Assembly (NCBI GenBank): GCA_004017275.1 | Contig: SAKE01000006.1 | Location: 146,662 to 210,661 of the forward strand | DNA: 64,000 nt | Source: Mesorhizobium sp. | GTDB taxonomy: Bacteria; Pseudomonadota; Alphaproteobacteria; Rhizobiales; Rhizobiaceae | Direction: 5' to 3' | Part shown: piece by piece, positions 40,046 through 49,148 of the stretch | Numbering within the stretch: position 1 is the stretch's first letter | How the letters are laid out: the number at the start of each line of letters is the position of its first letter | Program-made: the position numbers and the translations under genes | The notes under the pieces: generated by a model | Told to the model about the DNA's origin: nothing | The model's input: the letters and a program-made list of their open reading frames with translations, nothing else | Databases searched by the model: none

Positions 40046-42565
40046 GTGACAGAGCAGCCGCGCCTTGCCGAACAGAATGCCACCGTGGCCCTGCCCGAAC
40101 CATTCATCAGATGGTTTGGCGAAAAGGGCTGGTCGCCACGCGCCCATCAGATCGAACTTCTGGCGAAAGCCCAGGCCGGACAGTCGGTCCTGCTGATCGC
40201 GCCGACCGGGGCCGGCAAGACGCTGGCCGGCTTCCTGCCCTCGCTGACCGAACTGGCCAACCGGCCAAGGAGAAGGCCAGGCCAGGCGCATCGCGGAATC
40301 CACACGCTTTACATCTCGCCGCTGAAGGCACTTGCCGTCGATATCGAGCGCAATCTCGGCAAGCCGGTGGAGGAGATCGGCCTGCCCGTCACCATCGAGA
40401 CGCGCACCGGCGACACGCCATCACACAAGCGACAGCGCCAGAAGCTGGTGCCGCCCGACATCCTGCTGACCACGCCCGAACAACTGGCGCTGCTGATCGC
40501 GGCGCCTGACGCCCGACGTTTCTTCGAGGATCTGCGCTATGTCGTGCTCGACGAGTTGCACTCGCTGGTGACGTCGAAGCGCGGGCATCTGCTGGCGCTC
40601 GGCCTGGCGCGGCTGCGCAGCTATGTGCCTGGTCTGCAGACGATCGGGTTGTCGGCGACAGTGGCCGAGCCCGACGAATTGCGGCGTTGGCTGGTCGGCC
40701 AAAATCCGCCGGGCACCATGGCCGGCCTGATCACCGTGGCCGGTGGGGCCAAGCCCGACATCTCCATTCTGGACTCCGAACAGCATGTGCCATGGTCCGG
40801 CCATTCGGCCCGCTATGCCATTCCCGAAATCTATGAGGCGATCAAGCGGCACCGCACGACGATCCTGTTCGTCAACACACGCAGCCAGGCGGAGCTCCTG
40901 TTTCAGGAATTGTGGCGGGCAAATGAGGATTCGCTGCCGATTGCCTTGCACCACGGCTCGCTCGATGTCGGTCAGCGTCGGCGCGTGGAGAAGGCGATGG
41001 GCGAGAATGCGCTGCGCGCCATCGTCGCGACCTCGACACTCGACCTCGGCATCGACTGGGGCGATGTCGACCTGGTCGTGCATGTCGGCGCGCCGAAGGG
41101 TGCGAGCCGGCTGGCGCAGCGCATCGGCCGCGCCAACCACCGCATGGACGAACCCTCCAAGGCGATCCTCATTCCGGCCAATCGTTTCGAGGTGCTGGAA
41201 TGCCGGGCCGCCCTCGACGCCAATTATCTCGGTGCGCAGGACACGCCGCCGCTGATCAACGGCGCGCTCGACGTGCTGTCGCAACATGTGCTGGGCGTCG
41301 CCTGCGGCGCGCCTTTCCATCCCGACCATCTGTTCGAGGAAGTGCGCAGTGCCGCGCCCTATGCCGGTCTGGCCCGTGAGACCTTCGATCGCGTTGTCGA
41401 TTTCGTCGCCACCGGCGGCTACGCGCTGAAGAATTACGAGCGCTACGCCCGCATCCGGAAGACGATCGGCGGGCTGTGGCGCGTCTCGCATCCGCGCATC
41501 GCCCAGCAATACCGGCTGAATGTCGGCACCATCGTCGAAATGCCGGAGCTCAATATCCGCTATGTCAGGCAGGGCCGTGGCATGGCGGGACGCGGCGGGC
41601 CGGTGCTGGGCAAGGTCGAGGAGTATTTCGCCGAGACGCTGCGGCCCGGCGACAACTTCCTGTTCGCCGGCAAGGTGCTGCGCTTCGAGGGCATCCGCGA
41701 GAACGAATGCGTCGTCTCCAACGGCGCCGGCGCCAACATCATCGTGCCGTCTTATGCAGGTGGCAAGTTTCCGCTGTCGACCTATCTCGCCGACCAGGTG
41801 CGCGGCATGCTGGCCGACAGCAATCGCTGGCAGGCGTTGCCCGAGCAGGTCGCCGATTGGCTACGGCTGCAGAAGGAAAAGTCGGTGCTGCCGAAGCGCG
41901 GCGACCTTTTGGTCGAGACCTTTCCACGCGGCAACCGCCACTACATGGTCGCCTATCCCTTCGAAGGCAGGCTGGCGCACCAGACGCTCGGCATGCTGTT
42001 GACGCGCCGACTGGAGCGGGCAAACGCCCGCCCGCTCGGCTTCGTCGCGACCGACTATTCGCTGGCCGTCTGGGCGCTGGACGACATGGCCGCCCTGTTC
42101 AGGGCGAAGAAGCCGTCATTGGCCGCCTTGTTCGACGAAGACATGCTGGGCGATGACCTCGAGGCTTGGCTGAACGACAGCTGGATGCTGAAACGGACGT
42201 TCCGCACCTGTGCGGTCATCGCCGGGCTGATCGAGAAACGTTTTCCTGGACAGGAGAAGAGCGGCCGTCAGGTGACGGTGTCGGCCGATCTCATCTATGA
42301 CGTGCTGCGCAGCCATGAACCGGACCATATATTGCTGCAGGCAACGCGCACCGATGCGGCGGCCGGACTGCTCGATGTCAGCAGACTTGCCGAGATGCTC
42401 TCGCGTGTGCGCGGTCGAATCATGCATAAGCATCTCGAGCAGATATCGCCGCTGGCGGTGCCGATCATGCTGGAGATCGGCAAGGAATCGGTGAATGGCG
42501 GCGCCAATGAGTCCTTGCTCATGGAAGCCGCCGATCTGGTCGAGGAGGCCATGGGCCAAAGATGA
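40046..42565 (+). CDS. Ligase-associated Lhr-type DEXH helicase
   Basis: APTGAGKT, LTTPEQ, LDELH, HHGSL, QRIGRANH; start at GTG 40046 (the ORF-track start 39884 reads through the repeat). Confidence 0.9.
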   Translation: MTEQPRLAEQNATVALPEPFIRWFGEKGWSPRAHQIELLAKAQAGQSVLLIAPTGAGKTLAGFLPSLTELANRPRRRPGQAHRGIHTLYISPLKALAVDIERNLGKPVEEIGLPVTIETRTGDTPSHKRQRQKLVPPDILLTTPEQLALLIAAPDARRFFEDLRYVVLDELHSLVTSKRGHLLALGLARLRSYVPGLQTIGLSATVAEPDELRRWLVGQNPPGTMAGLITVAGGAKPDISILDSEQHVPWSGHSARYAIPEIYEAIKRHRTTILFVNTRSQAELLFQELWRANEDSLPIALHHGSLDVGQRRRVEKAMGENALRAIVATSTLDLGIDWGDVDLVVHVGAPKGASRLAQRIGRANHRMDEPSKAILIPANRFEVLECRAALDANYLGAQDTPPLINGALDVLSQHVLGVACGAPFHPDHLFEEVRSAAPYAGLARETFDRVVDFVATGGYALKNYERYARIRKTIGGLWRVSHPRIAQQYRLNVGTIVEMPELNIRYVRQGRGMAGRGGPVLGKVEEYFAETLRPGDNFLFAGKVLRFEGIRENECVVSNGAGANIIVPSYAGGKFPLSTYLADQVRGMLADSNRWQALPEQVADWLRLQKEKSVLPKRGDLLVETFPRGNRHYMVAYPFEGRLAHQTLGMLLTRRLERANARPLGFVATDYSLAVWALDDMAALFRAKKPSLAALFDEDMLGDDLEAWLNDSWMLKRTFRTCAVIAGLIEKRFPGQEKSGRQVTVSADLIYDVLRSHEPDHILLQATRTDAAAGLLDVSRLAEMLSRVRGRIMHKHLEQISPLAVPIMLEIGKESVNGGANESLLMEAADLVEEAMGQR

Positions 42566-42578
42566 GTCTGATTTCGAG

Positions 42579-43295
42579 ATGAATTTTTCGCTGGCGCGCG
42601 CATCGCTGATCGCCGAGGCCGACCTTGTCGGCATCGCCGGCGAGCGCGCCGTCTGCGACCCGCGCGGCGTGCTGTATTTTCCGGATCTGCGGCTCCTGGC
42701 CGTTTCCGATCTGCATCTGGAAAAGGGTTCGTCGCTGGCCAGGCGCGGTGCGCTGATCCCGCCTTATGACACGGGCGCGACCTTGCTGAGACTGCAGGCG
42801 GTGATATCAGACTACCAGCCGTCGATCATGATCAGCCTTGGCGACAGTTTTCACGATGGCGGCGGCGCCGAACGTATGCATGCAAGCTTCCGCGAGCGGC
42901 TCGAAGCGCTGATGTCAGGCCGCGACTGGTTCTGGGTTGCCGGCAATCACGATCCTGAAGCGCCAGCCGACCTGCCCGGCGAGACGGTGCGTGAGCTTGC
43001 CATCGGCTCGCTGCTGTTCCGGCATGAGCCGTCGAAGGAGCGTGTCGAGGGCGAAATAGCAGGCCATCTGCATCCATGCGCCCGCATCGTCCAGCGCGGC
43101 CGTTCGGTGCGCCGCCGTTGCTTTGCCGGCGACGGCGGCCGCATGATCATGCCGGCTTTCGGCGCCTATACCGGTTCGCTCAACGTGCTCGACCGCGCCT
43201 ATGCCGGGCTGTTCCGGCTCGACACGCTGATGGCTTACATGCTTGGCGCGGACCGCATCTTCGCCATTTCGCGCTCGATGTTGCGGCCCGGCTGA
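42579..43295 (+). CDS. Ligase-associated metallophosphoesterase/endonuclease (MPE/PdeM family)
   Basis: SDLHLEK, LGDSFHD, GNHD, FRHEP, GHLHP, PAFGAYTG. Confidence 0.9.
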   Translation: MNFSLARASLIAEADLVGIAGERAVCDPRGVLYFPDLRLLAVSDLHLEKGSSLARRGALIPPYDTGATLLRLQAVISDYQPSIMISLGDSFHDGGGAERMHASFRERLEALMSGRDWFWVAGNHDPEAPADLPGETVRELAIGSLLFRHEPSKERVEGEIAGHLHPCARIVQRGRSVRRRCFAGDGGRMIMPAFGAYTGSLNVLDRAYAGLFRLDTLMAYMLGADRIFAISRSMLRPG

Positions 43296-43302
43296 AACAG
43301 CC

Positions 43303-44238
43303 CTATCTGCCGTAATAGAGCGTCACCGTGTGCTTCGCCTCAGCGAAGAACAGCCAGCGTTCAACCAGCATGCCGGCGAACTGCACGATCGCAGCGAGCA
43401 GTGACAGCAACGCCGTCAGCGGCCAGGGCAGGGCGAGCACAATGGCGAGCAGCAGGACGGGCAAGGCAAAGGCCAGAAGCTGCGTGATCTGGCGTAGCCG
43501 GGCGCCGTGCTTGCGCGCGATGCGAAAGCCCATTTCCTTGAGCAGATAGTTTTCCTCGGTGTGTGGCCATTCCAGCGACCGCACTGTGCCGCCGGCCAGC
43601 CCGGTAGCGGTGTTGGCGGTGGTCGGGATTTCGAGCCGGTCATTGTATCGCCAGGTCGCCAGTTTCCAGCCCCAGCCGAGCAAGGTCAGCAGCACGGAAG
43701 CCACCAGAAGCATTTTCGAGCCGACAGCAAAACCGTGCAGCAGGGCATTCAGAAACATGCTGCCGGTCATCCCCGAAAAAATGAGATAGCCGGGCAGGGT
43801 GAAACGGCTATGCCACTGGGCGATCGGTTTCAGCGAGGCGTAGATCATGCCGGTGGTGCAGACGGTGACGACTGCGCAGCCGGCCATTAGAAATCCGGCG
43901 ATGCCGACCCAGCCATCGATGCGGCCGAAAAACACCCAGCCGATGCTGAACAGTCCCGTCGGGATGAAGGTGATAACCGAAGCAACACCCTCGCGCGACA
44001 GCCATGAGCTCCGCCACTGCGAGAACGCCCGCCAGGCGCGTTCGGGGCGGCCGAGATGACCCGTTGAGGACAACAACCCGGCCATGATCAGGCCGAGCGA
44101 CAGCCCAAGGCCGACGAGCCCGAGCCAGAAATCGGGCGGGATGATCTGAAAGCCTCCGAGCACGCCCAGCAGCGCGAGCAGCCCATAGCCGGCGCCGGTG
44201 GCGGTGGTGAAGAAGACGACGGAGAAGGCTGGATGCAT
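43303..44238 (-). CDS. soeC: DmsC/NrfD-family membrane anchor, SoeC-like
   Basis: MHPAFSVVFFTT.TGAGYG, HLGRPERAWRA..QWRSSWLSRE, ERWLFFAEA.HTV. Confidence 0.78.
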   Translation of the reverse strand: MHPAFSVVFFTTATGAGYGLLALLGVLGGFQIIPPDFWLGLVGLGLSLGLIMAGLLSSTGHLGRPERAWRAFSQWRSSWLSREGVASVITFIPTGLFSIGWVFFGRIDGWVGIAGFLMAGCAVVTVCTTGMIYASLKPIAQWHSRFTLPGYLIFSGMTGSMFLNALLHGFAVGSKMLLVASVLLTLLGWGWKLATWRYNDRLEIPTTANTATGLAGGTVRSLEWPHTEENYLLKEMGFRIARKHGARLRQITQLLAFALPVLLLAIVLALPWPLTALLSLLAAIVQFAGMLVERWLFFAEAKHTVTLYYGR

Positions 44239-44240
44239 GG

Positions 44241-44975
44241 CTAGTTCGAAAGCATGCGGTCGACCCAGCCGAGGAAGCCGCCTTCGGCCCGCACCGGTTC
44301 GAGTGCCGGCGCGGCCACCGATGCGGCGCGCTTGCTGTGGGCGCGCGGCGGCAGGTATTTGTTGGTCGGGTGATAGCCGAGTTCCGGCATCAGGTCGACG
44401 CCGCCACGCTCCGCCACCAGTTGCGAGACAGCCGACGATGGATCGCCGAGATCGCCGAAATGGCGGGCACCGGTCGGGCAAGCGGCGACGCAGGCCGGCA
44501 CGCGGTCTTCCTCGGCCAGATTGTCATTGTAGATGCGGTCGACGCACAGCGTGCACTTCTTCATCACCCCGACATCGGTGTCGAACTCGCGTGCGCCGTA
44601 GGGACAGGCCCAGCTGCACAATTTGCAGCCGATGCATTTGTCCTCGTCGATCAGCACGATGCCGTCCGAGGCTCGCTTGTAGGAGGCGCCGGTCGGGCAA
44701 ACGGTGACACAGGCCGGCGTCTCGCAGTGCAGGCAGGAGCGCGGAAAGTTGACGGTGCGCCCGCCCATCTCGGTCGTGTGTTCATAAGCGTGCACGCGGT
44801 TGAACCAGACGCCGTCGACATGGCCGCCATAGGGGTCGATGTCGGTCAGCGGTGCCATGTGGCCGCCGGTGTTCCATTCCTTGCAGGCGGTGACGCAAGC
44901 CTGGCAGCCGACGCAAGCATCGAGATCGATGACCAGGCCGAGTTTCTTGCCGCTTTGACTTGGCAGACAGGTCAT
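44241..44975 (-). CDS. soeB: 4Fe-4S dicluster electron-transfer subunit, SoeB-like
   Basis: CVGCQAC..AC, CLHC..PACV.VCP, CIGCKLCSWACPY, CTLC...PAC...C; ATGA overlap with the upstream gene. Confidence 0.8.
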   Translation of the reverse strand: MTCLPSQSGKKLGLVIDLDACVGCQACVTACKEWNTGGHMAPLTDIDPYGGHVDGVWFNRVHAYEHTTEMGGRTVNFPRSCLHCETPACVTVCPTGASYKRASDGIVLIDEDKCIGCKLCSWACPYGAREFDTDVGVMKKCTLCVDRIYNDNLAEEDRVPACVAACPTGARHFGDLGDPSSAVSQLVAERGGVDLMPELGYHPTNKYLPPRAHSKRAASVAAPALEPVRAEGGFLGWVDRMLSN

Positions 44976-47902
44976 TTTGCTGCCTCTCTTGCCCGCCGAA
45001 ACTCGGCGCCGAAAGTCAACTTGTCGGGCGAGGGTTCGAAATGCGGCGGTTGCTGGAATCGCTCGAATTGCGGCTCGGTGAAGCCGGCTTCTTCCGCCGC
45101 GCATTTGACGATACGCACGCGCAGATCAAACCACGCTGCCTGGCCGGTCACAGGATCGGAGTTCGAATAGCGTTTACCCTGCGCGTCGGCCGAGGTCTGG
45201 TCGCCGATGATATGGTTGAGCAGGAAGCCGCGATTGGATTCGGCAGCGTCGTCCTTCAGCCCCCAGCTGCCGCGCCGCTTGCCGATCGCATTCCATGTCC
45301 AGACAGTGCTTTCGTTCACTCCGTCGATCAGCTTGATCTGCCCCTTCACCCTGCCGTTGATGCTTTCGATCCACACCCAGTCGTCATCGACGAGGCCGAG
45401 GCCAGCTGCCGTCCGGTGATGCACGAACAGCCGGTTCTGGCTGGTGATTTGCCTGAGCCATGCATTCTGCGAACCCCAGGAATGGTACATGTGCATCGGC
45501 CGCTGCGTCAGCGCATGCAACGGATATTTTTCGAGTTCGACGACAGCTTCCTCGAACGGCATGTGCCAGAAGGGCAGCGGGTCCATGTAGGTCTCGATGC
45601 GCTCGCGATCGCCTTCCGGCGGCAAGACAGGGCCATGCCCACGCGCCGCCAGGCGGAAGCGCTGCAGCGGCTCGGAATAGAGCTGGAAGACGATCGGCTC
45701 CGCCTTGGGGATAAAACCCATCTGCACCGCGAAGTCGAGGTAGGAGCGGTTAGCCATCTTGTAGTAGCGCTGGTCGTCGGCGAAATCGTGGTGCCAGAAG
45801 CCGCCATTGTCGATGTAGCGTTGCAGCTGGTCCGGATTAACCTCGCCCTTGCCGATCGCGGTGCCATTCTTGCCACGCCAGCCGGCGAGCGGGCCGATGC
45901 CCGGCGTGCGCTCATGGTTGACGATGTAGTCGGCGTAGTCGGCATACTTGGCCGTGCCGTCCTCATCGACGAAACCGGGCAGGCCGAGCCGGGCGCCGAG
46001 TTCGATCAGCACCGACTGGAACGGCCTGACGTCGCGGTCAGGCTCGACGACGGGATGGCGGATGGCGTCGCCTGGTCCGTCGGCATGACTGATCGGCCGG
46101 TCGAGCAGGCTGATGCAGTCGTGGCGTTCGAGGTAGGTGGTGTCCGGCAGCACGAGGTCGGCGAACGGCACGGTCTCGGAATAATAGGCGTCGGAATAGA
46201 TGATGAAGGGGATCTTGTAGTTGCCGGCGTCATCATGGTCGGTCAGCATCGCCATGGTCTCGACGGTGTTCATCGAGGAATTCCACGCCATGTTCGACAT
46301 GTACATCATCAGCGTGTCGATCCTGTAGGGATCGCCAGCCCAGGCGTTGCGGATGACGGAGTGCATCAGACCGTGCGCGGCCAGCGGCGCGTCCCAGGAA
46401 TAGGCCTTGTCGATACGGGTCGGCGTGCCGGCCTCATCGACCAAAAGATCATCCGGCCCGCAGACGAAGCCGAGCGGCGTACCCTCGAGCGGCGTCATCG
46501 GCTTGACCGTCTTGCCGGTCGGCTTCGGACCGGGTGGCGCGGAGCGAGGGTAAGGCGGCTTGAAACGGAAACCGCCAGGGACATCCACCGTGCCCAGCAG
46601 CACCTGGAGGAGATGGATGGCGCGGCAGGTGTGAAACCCGTTGGAATGGGCGGAGATGCCGCGCATGGCGTGCATCGAGACAGGCCGCCCTTTGATCGTC
46701 TCATGCCGGCGTCCGGCCCAATCGGTCCAGGCAATGGGCAATTCGATCGTCTGTTCGAAGGCGACATGCGCAAGTTCGGCGGCGATCCTGCGGATCGTGT
46801 CGGCGGGGATGCCGCAGCGCCCGGCAACCGCGTCCGGCGCATAGCTCTCATCGAGGTAGCGGTCGGCGATCAACTGGAACACCGGAACGCAGCGGCGGCC
46901 ATCGATAGTGAAGCTGCCGGTCAAAGCCGGCTTGGCATCTGCATCGGCGGCACTGACAGGCGCCTTCGCAACCCTGTCCCATGCCAGTGGATTGCCGTCG
47001 GTGCCACGAGCGAACAGCCCGTCATCGGCCGCACCCGGCTCCTGGATGACGAGCGAATGGGCATTGGTATAGCGCAGCAAATAATCGAGATCGACGCGGC
47101 CCGCCCTGAGCAATTCGTGGATGAGGGCGAACACGAACAGGCCGTCGGTGCCGGGCCGAATGCCGATCCAGTCGTCGGCTATCGCGTTGTAGCCGGTGCG
47201 GCACGGATTGATCGACACCACCTTGGCACCGCGCGCCTTGAGCTTGCCGAGTCCGATCTTGATCGGGTTGGAATCATGGTCCTCGGCGACGCCGAACAGC
47301 ATGAAATACCGGGTGTTGTCCCAGTCGGGCTCACCGAACTCCCAGAACGAACCGCCGATCGTGTAGAGCCCGCCCGCCGCCATGTTGACCGAACAGAAGC
47401 CGCCATGGGCGGCGAAGTTCGGCGTGCCGAACTGGCTCGCCCACCAGCCGGTGAGCGACTGCGACTGGTCGCGGCCGGTGAAGAAGGCCAGTTTTTTCGG
47501 GTCGGTTCGACGGATGGCCGAGAGTCGCTCCGTCGCGATCGAGAACGCCTCCTCCCATTCGATCTCGCGGAACGCGCCGGAGCCGCGCGGGCCAGTGCGC
47601 AGCAATGGCTTCTTCAGCTTTGCCGGACTGTAATGCTGCATGATGCCGGAGCTGCCCTTGCCGCAGATCACGCCGCGATTGACCGGATGGTCCTTGTTGC
47701 CGTTGATGTAGCGGACCTTGCCATCCTTGATGTGCACATCGATGCCGCAGCGGCAGGCGCACATGTAGCAGGTCGTCTTGGCAATGTTGTCGGAAACGTC
47801 AGGCGAGGTGTCGACGCCATCGCCTTCATTGGGTGCGCGCGTATCGGCAAGCGGGCGTTGCGATGGTGCCGAATTCACGCCGCGCGGCGGTCCCTGTATC
47901 AT
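44972..47902 (-). CDS. soeA: Molybdopterin oxidoreductase catalytic subunit, SoeA-like (no Tat signal)
   Basis: KTTCYMCACRCG 4Fe-4S motif, ICGKG, DLVLPDTTYLERHD, C-terminal molydop-binding domain; no twin-Arg signal; start placed at ATG 47902. Confidence 0.8.
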   Translation of the reverse strand: MIQGPPRGVNSAPSQRPLADTRAPNEGDGVDTSPDVSDNIAKTTCYMCACRCGIDVHIKDGKVRYINGNKDHPVNRGVICGKGSSGIMQHYSPAKLKKPLLRTGPRGSGAFREIEWEEAFSIATERLSAIRRTDPKKLAFFTGRDQSQSLTGWWASQFGTPNFAAHGGFCSVNMAAGGLYTIGGSFWEFGEPDWDNTRYFMLFGVAEDHDSNPIKIGLGKLKARGAKVVSINPCRTGYNAIADDWIGIRPGTDGLFVFALIHELLRAGRVDLDYLLRYTNAHSLVIQEPGAADDGLFARGTDGNPLAWDRVAKAPVSAADADAKPALTGSFTIDGRRCVPVFQLIADRYLDESYAPDAVAGRCGIPADTIRRIAAELAHVAFEQTIELPIAWTDWAGRRHETIKGRPVSMHAMRGISAHSNGFHTCRAIHLLQVLLGTVDVPGGFRFKPPYPRSAPPGPKPTGKTVKPMTPLEGTPLGFVCGPDDLLVDEAGTPTRIDKAYSWDAPLAAHGLMHSVIRNAWAGDPYRIDTLMMYMSNMAWNSSMNTVETMAMLTDHDDAGNYKIPFIIYSDAYYSETVPFADLVLPDTTYLERHDCISLLDRPISHADGPGDAIRHPVVEPDRDVRPFQSVLIELGARLGLPGFVDEDGTAKYADYADYIVNHERTPGIGPLAGWRGKNGTAIGKGEVNPDQLQRYIDNGGFWHHDFADDQRYYKMANRSYLDFAVQMGFIPKAEPIVFQLYSEPLQRFRLAARGHGPVLPPEGDRERIETYMDPLPFWHMPFEEAVVELEKYPLHALTQRPMHMYHSWGSQNAWLRQITSQNRLFVHHRTAAGLGLVDDDWVWIESINGRVKGQIKLIDGVNESTVWTWNAIGKRRGSWGLKDDAAESNRGFLLNHIIGDQTSADAQGKRYSNSDPVTGQAAWFDLRVRIVKCAAEEAGFTEPQFERFQQPPHFEPSPDKLTFGAEFRRAREAAK

Positions 47903-48057
47903 GATCCGCCGGTGCCTGTGCGGCCCAAGGATTTGGCCCGTGTCTTCGGTCCGGGGCCGCGCATGTAATGCTCTTCCGGGTGATATCGATCGCCGGCCAT
48001 CCGCCGCCTGATGCCGCGGGTCCAATGCGCAAGCAGAGATCTGAACCGCCCAATCAT
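47899..48057 (-). CDS. Unannotated 52-aa basic peptide overlapping the soeA start
   Basis: MIGRFRSLLAHWTRGIRRRMAGDRYHPEEHYMRGPGPKTRAKSLGRTGTGGS; purine-rich GAGGA/GAGAG upstream; its TGA overlaps the soeA ATG (ATGA). Confidence 0.65.
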   Translation of the reverse strand: MIGRFRSLLAHWTRGIRRRMAGDRYHPEEHYMRGPGPKTRAKSLGRTGTGGS

Positions 48058-48180
48058 TCTGCTCTCTGCGATCCTCTGGCGAATTTTTTCTAACTTCGCC
48101 CGAAAACTTAGAATAAAGCTATCGATCTGTCTAATCAGTTGTTCTTGTAAATTCGATCGATATTGGTTCTTAATGCGCCC

Positions 48181-49083
48181 ATGACCCTGGACCAGTTGCG
48201 GATTTTCGTCGCCGTCGCCGAGCGCGGCCACATGACCAAGGCGGCGGAGCTGCTGGGCATCTCGCAGTCGGCCGCATCGGCCGCCATCCGGGCGCTCGAA
48301 GAGCAGCACGGCGTCCATCTGTTCAACCGGGTTGGCCGCAATATCGAGCTTGCCCAGACCGGCCACCGGTTCCTACCGGAGGCTAAAGCAGTGCTCGAAC
48401 GGGCCGCTGCTGCCCGCAATGTGCTGGAACATGTCTCGCAGACGGTCACCGGCAGCCTTTCGATCGCCGCCAGCCAGACCATCGCCAGCTACTGGCTGCC
48501 GCGCCGGCTGGCTTCCTTCCATGAAGCCTACCCCGCCGTCAGGCTGAGCGTCTCCATCGGCAACACCAGGCAGGTCGAGGCCAATGTCCTCGATGGCGCG
48601 GCGGATCTCGGCCTGGTCGAGGGGCGCACCGAGTCTGACATATTGCGCCGCACCAAGGTCGACGTCGACAGGTTGATGCTGGTGGTTGCCAGCTCGCACC
48701 CGGAGATCGCCGAAGTCGCGCCCGGCCGCCCTGACATCAAAGGCTTGCGCTGGATCATCCGCGAGGGCGGTTCGGGCACGCGCGAGGTGCTGGAGGATCT
48801 GGCGCGCCGCGAAGGAATTTCGCTTGCCGACTTACAGATATTCCTGGTGCTGCCGAGCAACGAGGCTATCCGACAGGCGGTCGAGGCGGGAGCCGGCGCC
48901 ACCATCATTTCGGAGCTTGTCGTGGCGCGCGCCGTCGCCGAAGGCAGTCTCAAATCCGTGCCGCTCGAATTGCCGAAACGCGACTTCGCCATGATCACCC
49001 ATCGCGATCGCCAGCCAAGCCTGGCCCAGATGGCGCTCAAGGCGCATTTGGTTGTGGAGATGAACGGCTCTGCGCCTGGGTAG
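48181..49083 (+). CDS. LysR regulator, YeiE/CysL-like
   Basis: MTLDQLRIF HTH, LSIAASQTIASY.LP, GNT, LGLVEG, IIREGGSGTR. Confidence 0.88.
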   Translation: MTLDQLRIFVAVAERGHMTKAAELLGISQSAASAAIRALEEQHGVHLFNRVGRNIELAQTGHRFLPEAKAVLERAAAARNVLEHVSQTVTGSLSIAASQTIASYWLPRRLASFHEAYPAVRLSVSIGNTRQVEANVLDGAADLGLVEGRTESDILRRTKVDVDRLMLVVASSHPEIAEVAPGRPDIKGLRWIIREGGSGTREVLEDLARREGISLADLQIFLVLPSNEAIRQAVEAGAGATIISELVVARAVAEGSLKSVPLELPKRDFAMITHRDRQPSLAQMALKAHLVVEMNGSAPG

Positions 49084-49148
49084 GGGTCGTTGAGATTCCG
49101 GTTAGCCATTTGCAGGCCGGCATCACCGGAATATCAATGGACCCTGGA

